Source: Planctomycetota bacterium (GTDB lineage: Bacteria; Planctomycetota; GCA-002687715; DRQF01). Taken from it: 64,000 bases of DNA. Below, piece after piece: positions 29,201 to 36,327 of this stretch. The stretch lies in NCBI GenBank assembly GCA_047639315.1, contig JBLINQ010000002.1, forward strand, positions 6,634 to 70,633, read 5' to 3'. Below the pieces are notes generated by a model. It was not told where the DNA came from, did not search any database, and was given only the letters and a program-made list of their open reading frames with translations. The first letter of the stretch is position 1. Each line of letters opens with the position of its first letter. Position numbers and translations under genes: made by a program.

Positions 29201-32022
29201 CATCCTTGGCCTTCGATACGATTTTCGCTGAAGGCCAACGCCGATTTGTGGAATCACTTTCGGCCTATGCCAGGCAATTTCTCGGACGATTGGAGAAAGC
29301 GCCGGTCGAGCGCATCGAGGGATTAGCCCCGGCCATCGCCATTAACCAGAAGAACGTCTCCAGAAACCCTCGTTCGACGGTAGCGACTACAACCGAGATC
29401 TACGACTATCTCCGCCTGCTCTACGCCCGCATCGGAATACCTCATTGCCCTCTTTGCGCTGAGGAACTGAAGACATGGGCACCCAACGCCATATGGAAGA
29501 AGGTTAAGAGTTTCGACCAGGAGAAAGCACGTCTCGTCGCACCGCTCTATAGTCGTAGCCTTGGCTGTGATTTGGTCTTGGGCAAGGCTTCCGAGCTTAA
29601 GGGTCGCGCGCCAGAATTCGTGAAAGAGGGTTTTCTTCGCGTTCTCATTGATGGCAAAGAAGCGCGACTCGACGAGGCGTTGCCGGCTCTATCCAAAGTC
29701 AAAGAACTTTGGTTGGTTCTCGATCGAATTAAAGTCGATGCCAAAATGCGTAATCGTGTCCTGGAATCGGTGACCGCCGCTTTCGAGCACGCCAACGGAG
29801 TCTTTGGCTTTGCCCCAGTTGATGGGGAACCTACTTGGTTCACCCGAGACCGAATCTGCGTTGATCACGGGCAAACGATCCCCGAGGAACTCACACCTCG
29901 CATGTTCTCGTTTAACTCTCACCACGGATCTTGTCCAACCTGCTCGGGGCTCGGCATGGTGCGGCGTTGTGATCCAGAGCTATTGATGGATGAGCCATCT
30001 AAGCCACTCATGAAGGGCGCGATGACTAGCAAGGTCGGCAAGTTCTTCAAAAGAAAGTCCTACTACCGTAAGTCATTGACTGCAGTAGCAAAACTCATGA
30101 AGTTTGATCTCGAAACGCCATGGGGAGAATTGACGAGCGAGGCACAAGACGCCGTTCTCAACGGAGTTGAGGATCGCATTCCTTTGCGCATGCAGAAGAC
30201 ACGCAAGGGCGAGAGTCGCCGGATGGAAATGAAGGTGACTTGGCCAGGCCTCGGGAGCTATGTCGAGCGGTGGTTTGGCGAAAGCGATAGTGACAAGTGG
30301 CGAGAGGAAGTGTCCACTGTCATGAGCGCCCGAGATTGCAAAGAGTGCCACGGCCATCGACTGCGCCGAGAATCTCTTGCCGTGACCATTGGTGACAAGA
30401 GCATTGCCGAGGCAACATGTTTGACTGTGGCTGAGGCTGCTCAGTTCTTCAACAAGATCAAATTGTCAGCATCCGATCGCCGCATCGCCGAGCGACCATT
30501 CAAGGAAGTGCAAGACCGCTTGCGATTCTTGGTTGAGGTTGGTCTCGACTATCTTGGTTTGGACCGTCGGGCCACAACACTCTCCGGTGGCGAAGCTCAG
30601 CGCATTCGTTTGGCGACGCAAATCGGCAGCGGCCTCACGGGCGTCCTCTATGTCCTTGACGAGCCAACGATTGGGCTGCATCAGCGTGACGTCAAACAGC
30701 TCCTGGGAACACTGGACGAGCTCAAAGACTTGGGCAACACAGTCATCGTTGTTGAACACGACGAGGACACGATCGAACGTGCCGATCATATTGTCGACAT
30801 CGGACCCGGCGCCGGACATCGTGGCGGCGAAGTTGTGTTCTCCGGCACACGCGCAGGCTTGTTGAAGAGCAAGACCTCTCTTACTGCCGCCTACTTAAAC
30901 GGGCGAATGGGCGTTGAAATTGCCGAGAGCCGTCGCACTGGCAACGGTAAGTCCCTGAAGCTGAAAGGCTGCCAGACCAACAACCTGAAGAATATCGATG
31001 TTGCTATCCCCTTAGGGTGTTTTGTCGGCGTGACGGGCGTCAGTGGCAGCGGCAAGAGTAGCTTGGTTGTGAGTACCCTCGTTCCGGCAGTCGAAAAGAC
31101 GCTCAGCCGGATACCCACGGGTCTCGCGCGCTACAAGTCGCTTCTCGGCGCCTCCCATATCTCTGATTTGGTCGTCATCAACCAAGCAGCGATCGGCAAG
31201 ACACCTAAGTCCAATCCAGCCACCTACACTGGTTGTTTCGATCTCATTCGCGCTGTGTTTGCGACCTCGCCAATGGCACGGATGAAAGGGTTCAAACCCG
31301 GTCGCTTCAGTTTTAATGCGATAGGGGGGCGCTGTGAAGCCTGTAGCGGTCGAGGTTCTATCAAGGTTGAGATGAACTTCTTGGCCGATGTCTGGATCAC
31401 CTGTGACGCCTGCGATGGACTGCGCTACAACTCTGAAACTCTTCTCGTTGAATATCGAGACAAAACGATCGCGGATGTGTTGAACCTGGAAGTCAGCGAA
31501 GCGGCAGACTTCTTTGTAAACCACAAGCGTATCGCAAGGATCCTTGGGACACTCGTTGATGTTGGCCTTGGCTATCTCAAGCTTGGGCAGGCCAGCAACA
31601 CTCTGTCTGGTGGCGAGGCCCAGAGGATCAAGCTCGCTCGTGAATTGGCCAGGCGAGTTCATGGGGATGTCCTCTATGTTTTAGATGAACCAACGACGGG
31701 ACTACATTTCGACGATGTTGCCAAGCTCATTCGCGTCCTCCATCGCTTGGTGGATCAAGGACATACTGTTTGCGTCATTGAGCATAACTTAGACGTTGCC
31801 ATGAGCTGTGATCATTTGATTGACCTTGGTCCTGATGGTGGCGATGCCGGCGGCGAGATCATTGCCGTTGGAACCCCTGAAGATCTGTGCAAGGCCACAA
31901 TATCCCAGACTGGGAAGTACTTGAAAACTCATATGACAAAACGGCGCAAAACGAGATCGATCTCAAGAGCGAAGAAGAAAGTCACCAAGACGAAGGGAGC
32001 GAAAAATGGCCTCTCGACGTGA
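26215..32022 (+). CDS. uvrA: tandem-duplicated excinuclease ABC subunit A (UvrA-UvrA single-chain fusion, ~1935 aa)
   Basis: Two complete UvrA units. Unit 1 starts MGHSQIVVRGARENNLKNVNV...GVSGSGKSSLAFDTI. Unit 2 starts near nt 29080, GALIIEGASTNNLKAVDV...GPSGSGKTSLAFDTI. Each unit has two LSGGE(S/A)QR signatures, two DEP(S/T)xGLH Walker B motifs and C-terminal Zn-finger cysteines (GGRCEACSG...C(D)xC). The basic linker is PRKLNRRKRKVPQD. The likely start is ATG 26215, while the track start is TTG 26170. Confidence 0.9.
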   Translation: MGHSQIVVRGARENNLKNVNVSIPRGSLTTVTGVSGSGKSSLAFDTIHNEGQRRFLESLSSYARQFLGQIEKPAVDHIDGLSPTVSIDQKTVNRNPRSTVGTVTEVYDHLRLLFARLGTPYCPETGEEIRPQTADQIRDRLLKEKDGRSVMVMAPIVKDRKGEYRKELEDLRLAGYLRVRIDGELLRLDEEIKLARYVRHTIEVVVDRLKVGKDKASRLAEAIEQALKLGSGLIGILDGDEHATFSSKMVSLATSRTFPDLEPRLFSFNSPHGACANCDGLGILHDADEDLIVPEPEMSIADGALAPLGSSQLRDYGNVSMLSLPSIAKHYGFQMDQPWSEIDADVRHAILYGSDGEVLQLKVDYQGKNWQLKSSKKKPLLGLIPGLRDAFEAKPHKYMERFFANVDCKTCNGSRLNEFARAVRFRDRGIADLTIASIEELAAFFESIEFEGNDELIGRPILKELLSRLKFLGSVGLGYLNLNRSAATLSGGESQRIRLATQVGSRLKGILYVLDEPSIGLHARDNARLIKTLEELRDLGNTVLVVEHDQEMMERSDFIIDVGPDAGVHGGEVISAGTYRELLEAEGSATGDYLSGRRVVPMPKQRRVAQEGRLSVLGAHHHNLKKIDVSFPVGLFSVVTGVSGSGKSTLIDDILKRALSAHYHGAKQKPGPHRAIEGLEHFDKVIEIDQSPIGRTPRSNPATYTKVWDPIRELFAKVGEAKTRGYAKGRFSFNVVGGRCEACSGAGVKTVSMQFLPDIEVICDECAGQRFNEETLEITYRDKSIFDVLEMTVEDATEFFVNHPKIKRIFDALLSVGLGYIRLGQTATTLSGGEAQRVKLASELRRPATGRTLYLLDEPTTGLHFQDVEKLLEALQGLVESGNTVIVVEHNLDVVKVADWIIDLGPEGGDGGGEVIFQGPFDKILKIKRSYTGQALKNHLSPRKLNRRKRKVPQDMSVTGALIIEGASTNNLKAVDVTIPTGSFSVITGPSGSGKTSLAFDTIFAEGQRRFVESLSAYARQFLGRLEKAPVERIEGLAPAIAINQKNVSRNPRSTVATTTEIYDYLRLLYARIGIPHCPLCAEELKTWAPNAIWKKVKSFDQEKARLVAPLYSRSLGCDLVLGKASELKGRAPEFVKEGFLRVLIDGKEARLDEALPALSKVKELWLVLDRIKVDAKMRNRVLESVTAAFEHANGVFGFAPVDGEPTWFTRDRICVDHGQTIPEELTPRMFSFNSHHGSCPTCSGLGMVRRCDPELLMDEPSKPLMKGAMTSKVGKFFKRKSYYRKSLTAVAKLMKFDLETPWGELTSEAQDAVLNGVEDRIPLRMQKTRKGESRRMEMKVTWPGLGSYVERWFGESDSDKWREEVSTVMSARDCKECHGHRLRRESLAVTIGDKSIAEATCLTVAEAAQFFNKIKLSASDRRIAERPFKEVQDRLRFLVEVGLDYLGLDRRATTLSGGEAQRIRLATQIGSGLTGVLYVLDEPTIGLHQRDVKQLLGTLDELKDLGNTVIVVEHDEDTIERADHIVDIGPGAGHRGGEVVFSGTRAGLLKSKTSLTAAYLNGRMGVEIAESRRTGNGKSLKLKGCQTNNLKNIDVAIPLGCFVGVTGVSGSGKSSLVVSTLVPAVEKTLSRIPTGLARYKSLLGASHISDLVVINQAAIGKTPKSNPATYTGCFDLIRAVFATSPMARMKGFKPGRFSFNAIGGRCEACSGRGSIKVEMNFLADVWITCDACDGLRYNSETLLVEYRDKTIADVLNLEVSEAADFFVNHKRIARILGTLVDVGLGYLKLGQASNTLSGGEAQRIKLARELARRVHGDVLYVLDEPTTGLHFDDVAKLIRVLHRLVDQGHTVCVIEHNLDVAMSCDHLIDLGPDGGDAGGEIIAVGTPEDLCKATISQTGKYLKTHMTKRRKTRSISRAKKKVTKTKGAKNGLST

Positions 32023-33757
32023 TGGTCCTCTGATCGTACAAAGCGACCGCACCGTCTTGCTCGACGTTCATCATCCGGCGGCGGATGATACGCGCGAACG
32101 GCTTGCGCAGTTTGCTGAGTTGGTCAAGAGCCCAGACAACCTCCACACCTATTGCATTTCACCGTTGTCATTGTGGAATGCTGCAGCTGCCGGTCTTTTC
32201 TTCGAAGACGTCGTGAGTTTTCTCGACGAATTTTCGATGTTTCCCATCCCCAAGAAGATCAGCCATGACATCGAAGAGGTCATGGGGCGGTTTGGCAAGT
32301 TGTTAATGCGTCGTGAAAACGGCGAGCTGGTTTTGAGCGTTACGCCCGAGCTTTGGGAAGACGTGAGCCAACTGAAGACGATTGCTGAATACATCGTTGA
32401 GACCAATGATATCGGCCATGAACTCATCATCTCCGAAGATGCACGTGGCGAACTCAAGAGAAACCTAGTCCGAGCAGGTTACCCGGTCGAAGATATCGCT
32501 GGTTATGTCGAAGGTGATGCTATGCAGTTTAGCCTGGTCGACACGCTCCCAGGAGGCAAAGATTTCGTCTTGCGTCCATACCAGAATGCCGCCGCGGCCG
32601 CCTTCTATCAAGACGGCGACCGACGTGGTGGCAATGGCGTCGTTGTCCTTCCTTGCGGCGCCGGCAAGACCATCATGGCCATGGCCGCGATGAATCTCTA
32701 TCAAACAAAAACTCTGATCTTGACTAACTCCACGACGGCCGTTCGCCAGTGGGTTCGTGAACTCAAAGAGAAGACGAATCTGCCCCATAGCGAGATTGCC
32801 GAGTATAGCGCGGAGGTGAAAGAGATCGCCCCGGTCACTGTCTCGACTTATCAGATGATCACCTACCGCGCGGTGAAAGACGGTAGTTTTCCTCACTTTG
32901 ATAATTTTATGAAGGTTAACTGGGGCCTCGTCATCTACGACGAAGTCCATCTCTTGCCAGCCCCCGTCTTCCGTATGACTGCCGAATTACAAGCGAGAAG
33001 ACGTCTTGGTTTGACGGCGACGTTGGTGCGCGAAGATGGGCGGGAAGACGAAGTCTTTTCGTTGATCGGCCCGAAACGTTATGACATGCCTTGGCGGCGA
33101 CTCGAAGGTCAGGGCTTTATTGCTGAAGCTCGCTGCATCGAAATGCGTGTACCCTTTGGCAAAGATGATGCTCTGCACTACGAGCATGCCGGACTGAGAG
33201 AACGATATCGCTTGGCCGCAGAGAACCCGTTCAAGCTCAAGGCTCTTGATGCGCTACTAAAAAGGCATGCCGAGGATCGGGTGTTGATCATCGGTATGTA
33301 TCTCAAGCAACTGGCTCAGATTCGTGCCATGACGGGCATCGAGATCATAACCAGCAAGACATCGCAAACCGATCGCGAACGCCTCTACTCGGCTTTCCGC
33401 GAGGGACGAATTACTCAACTTATTGTGTCCAAGGTGGCGAATTTTGCCGTCGACTTACCTGATGCAAACATTGCGATCCAGGTCTCAGGAACATTTGGTT
33501 CGCGCCAAGAAGAGGCGCAGAGACTTGGGCGTGTTCTGCGTCCGAAGAGTCATGAGAAAAAAACCATCTTTTATACACTGGTAACCGATGACACGCGGGA
33601 AATGATCTTTGCCGCCAATCGTCAAATGTTCTTGACTGAGCAGGGTTACCACTACGAAGTGAAACAAGCCAAAGGTGAGTTTCCGCGGATGGACTGGAGC
33701 AGTAGCGAGAAACTTCGCGCAACTGTGCTTAAGAACATGGAGAAACCTGAGGCGTGA
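32006..33757 (+). CDS. XPB/ERCC3/Rad25-type SF2 DNA helicase (bacterial XPB homolog)
   Basis: The N-terminal XPB-type domain is LHTYCISPLSLWNAAAAGLFFEDVVSFLDEFSMFPIPKKI. Helicase motifs are LRPYQ, LPCGAGKT, YDEVHLLPA, GLTATLVREDGRE (the XPB RED motif) and QRLGRVLRP. ATG 32006 has GGGAG 6 nt upstream and overlaps the uvrA 3' end by 17 nt. Confidence 0.85.
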   Translation: MASRRDGPLIVQSDRTVLLDVHHPAADDTRERLAQFAELVKSPDNLHTYCISPLSLWNAAAAGLFFEDVVSFLDEFSMFPIPKKISHDIEEVMGRFGKLLMRRENGELVLSVTPELWEDVSQLKTIAEYIVETNDIGHELIISEDARGELKRNLVRAGYPVEDIAGYVEGDAMQFSLVDTLPGGKDFVLRPYQNAAAAAFYQDGDRRGGNGVVVLPCGAGKTIMAMAAMNLYQTKTLILTNSTTAVRQWVRELKEKTNLPHSEIAEYSAEVKEIAPVTVSTYQMITYRAVKDGSFPHFDNFMKVNWGLVIYDEVHLLPAPVFRMTAELQARRRLGLTATLVREDGREDEVFSLIGPKRYDMPWRRLEGQGFIAEARCIEMRVPFGKDDALHYEHAGLRERYRLAAENPFKLKALDALLKRHAEDRVLIIGMYLKQLAQIRAMTGIEIITSKTSQTDRERLYSAFREGRITQLIVSKVANFAVDLPDANIAIQVSGTFGSRQEEAQRLGRVLRPKSHEKKTIFYTLVTDDTREMIFAANRQMFLTEQGYHYEVKQAKGEFPRMDWSSSEKLRATVLKNMEKPEA

Positions 33758-35787
33758 AACTAGAAGAAGCTCTATCCCAAATCGAAGGTCGCCAACTCGA
33801 TGCGGCCTTGGGTCATTGGAACTTGGACCGTCACGCGTGGCCCATCGGTGAGATTGACCGACGCCGCATGTTGCGCGAAGCATTGACTTCAAAGCAGATC
33901 ATGGAAAAGCGCCTGGCTCAACTGCCATCGCGACTCCGAGACCTCTTGGTTTATGTCGTTCGGACGGGCCTCTGGGCCGACCCATTTGATTTGCGTGGAT
34001 TTGATCAGAACGAGATTCCTGTCGACGACTTCGAGTTGCTTCCCGTTGGGACAGCCCTCGCTGAGCGGGCCTTTTTCGTGCCGAAGCGTATTCGTGGCAA
34101 GTCGAACCGCGGGACGTCATTTTGCATCCCGGAAGAGCTGGGGCACCTTCTGGAGGATGTCTTCAACAAGAGTAAGGGCCCAGTTGACGCTTCTCTCAAC
34201 TTGCAATCGCATATTCGATTCTTAGATCGAGGCGAACTACTCCATCGCCTTTCAGAGCTCGGTCTCGATGATTACCAAGAGTTAGATCACGGTGAACTAA
34301 GAACACGACTCTGCGTACGCGCTTCGATCGACTCTCGCGTCGCACGAATCAAGAACGACGAATTACGCACCCTATTTGACAATTTCACCGAACACGGTGG
34401 CATCTTAGACCCAGGAACTCTGCGTCGTCTTGGCATTGATGTCGAAGCCGCTGAGCTCCAGGAGTGGGGGCGTGATCTCGAGCAGAACCTCCTTGGTAGT
34501 TTCGAATCCAGTGAATTAGCTAACCACGGGCTGGCGTGTCGCGAAGGTTGGCTCGTTATCTTTGGTGAGGTTTCTGCAGTCTTGATGGGTATGGGAGAAG
34601 TCGATCAAGATGAAGCGTCGGCTGATCTGCAGCGCGGCGGCGATTCAATTGCCGACCTTCGTACGGTCGCGGCCGAGATCGGACGTTCTCCGTTTCGGAT
34701 CAAGAAGAGCGGCGAGTATTACAAAGCTGGCGTCAAGCGCATGGCAAAAGACTCACTCTCACCAGGGAAGAGACTCCTTGGTGAAGAGGAAGACCTTCTT
34801 TGGTTCTTGTCCTATTTCAAGTATCGCGAATTTACCGCAGTTGGTCTCGATTCCTGCTTGAAGATGACGCCACCATGGCGCGACATGTTAAGTCAGTCGG
34901 CTGCCGACCAAGCCACTGATCTCTTCAAGTTTGGCATGAAATCTCGTAACTGGGGCATGTCACCGATTCATCACAAGGGGCTACGCGAAGGGCTCATCGA
35001 ATTCCTCAAGGTGGCTGGCGTCGGTGTGTGGTGTGATGCCGCGACGCTCGTTCAGCGCTCTCGTAATCGGTACTTCAAAAGTGCTGTTCGCCCAGAACAA
35101 TCCGTGGTGTATCAAGAGCGCCACAAGAATGCTCCATTTCCGACATTGGCATCTCCCGAACTCATGCATCGCGAATTGCAGCGATGGATCGTGGAAGGCC
35201 TCACTCGGGTCGGCGCTATTGAATTAGCTCGTCGTGGACGCGAAAAGAGGCCATGGGCCATTCGTTTGACACCCTTGGGTGGCGCGCTTCTTGGTTTAGA
35301 AGTGGCAGCTGATGCACCAAACAACGGCATCGCCCTGATCGTGAACCCAGATCATGAGATCATCGCCTTTCCCGAAAACTCCACACCTGACTTAGTGCAC
35401 GAATTGGGCCGCTTTGCGAAGCGCGTCAAAGCGGATTTTGCTCTGCACTACCATTTGTCTAGCGAGAGTGTCCAAGAGGCGGCCGCATCTGGCATGACTG
35501 CTGATGAGATTCTTCATGTCCTTGAGGAACACACGCGGCATGGGATTCCTGAGAATGTCGCATTCTCAATCAGGGATTGGTGCGACAAGCTTGTTCATGT
35601 CACATCCCGCAGGCTCTGGGTGTTGGAAGCAAATAGCGCCGGTGAGATGGACCGCATTGCTGGACTGGCTGAAATCAAGCCGATGATCGTTGGTCGGCTC
35701 AATGACACGATGGTGGAAGTAAACGAAGACCCGAAGGAGTCTGGGCTCGTTAATCTTCTGCGCGATCGGGGCATATACTTTGGGTAG
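33754..35787 (+). CDS. XPB-associated protein with C-terminal XPB-N-terminal-like (helicase-associated) domain
   Basis: GTG 33754 overlaps the XPB stop (GTGA). The C-terminal ~90 aa, ALHYHLSSESVQEAAASGMTADEILHVLEEHTRHGIPENVAFSIRDWCDKL, follows the same pattern as the XPB N-terminus encoded by the previous gene. No nuclease or ATPase motif was recognised in the remaining ~560 aa. Confidence 0.6.
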   Translation: MKLEEALSQIEGRQLDAALGHWNLDRHAWPIGEIDRRRMLREALTSKQIMEKRLAQLPSRLRDLLVYVVRTGLWADPFDLRGFDQNEIPVDDFELLPVGTALAERAFFVPKRIRGKSNRGTSFCIPEELGHLLEDVFNKSKGPVDASLNLQSHIRFLDRGELLHRLSELGLDDYQELDHGELRTRLCVRASIDSRVARIKNDELRTLFDNFTEHGGILDPGTLRRLGIDVEAAELQEWGRDLEQNLLGSFESSELANHGLACREGWLVIFGEVSAVLMGMGEVDQDEASADLQRGGDSIADLRTVAAEIGRSPFRIKKSGEYYKAGVKRMAKDSLSPGKRLLGEEEDLLWFLSYFKYREFTAVGLDSCLKMTPPWRDMLSQSAADQATDLFKFGMKSRNWGMSPIHHKGLREGLIEFLKVAGVGVWCDAATLVQRSRNRYFKSAVRPEQSVVYQERHKNAPFPTLASPELMHRELQRWIVEGLTRVGAIELARRGREKRPWAIRLTPLGGALLGLEVAADAPNNGIALIVNPDHEIIAFPENSTPDLVHELGRFAKRVKADFALHYHLSSESVQEAAASGMTADEILHVLEEHTRHGIPENVAFSIRDWCDKLVHVTSRRLWVLEANSAGEMDRIAGLAEIKPMIVGRLNDTMVEVNEDPKESGLVNLLRDRGIYFG

Positions 35788-35790
35788 AGA

Positions 35791-36198
35791 ATGACCGCAG
35801 TTTTATCCAGAATGCAGAAGAAGGTGCTCGGCTTTGCTCTGATAATGGTGCTGTTATTCTCCACTTGGCCCTACATTCTCGGCTTCGTTTTTCAGCTGCT
35901 CTCTCCGACCGAGATTTCGTGTGAAGCGGAAACCACAGACGAGATGATCGAGCAGTTGGCCAAGGCGACACGTGCGTTGAGGCGAGAAGTGGGCGAGTTC
36001 TGCCGTGAGCATCAACGCATTCCGCTCGCGAGTGAGATCGATCTCGAGCTCTTGGACACAACATGTGGGCCCTTTCATATCGAGTCAGGCCACGCCAGCG
36101 AGTTTTGCGTCACTATCGGGAATTATGCGGCGGAAGGGACTTACACCTGGACATGTCGCGTTTCCGATCCGGAGGGTAAGTGGCACTTCGACACTTGA
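35791..36198 (+). CDS. small membrane-anchored Cys-containing hypothetical protein
   Basis: Starts 4 nt after the upstream stop. It has an N-terminal hydrophobic anchor (KKVLGFALIMVLLFSTWPYILGFVF) and five Cys in the soluble part. No family was recognised. Confidence 0.45.
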   Translation: MTAVLSRMQKKVLGFALIMVLLFSTWPYILGFVFQLLSPTEISCEAETTDEMIEQLAKATRALRREVGEFCREHQRIPLASEIDLELLDTTCGPFHIESGHASEFCVTIGNYAAEGTYTWTCRVSDPEGKWHFDT

Positions 36199-36327
36199 TG
36201 TGTCATGTGCGATTGGCGACGCCGATATCTGTGTGATCCAGGACCAAGCAACTGGGGATGACTTGACTCCTCAGATGCGTGAAGACTATGATTCATCACC
36301 CGTGCCTGGGCGTCTTCGAGGACTTTC

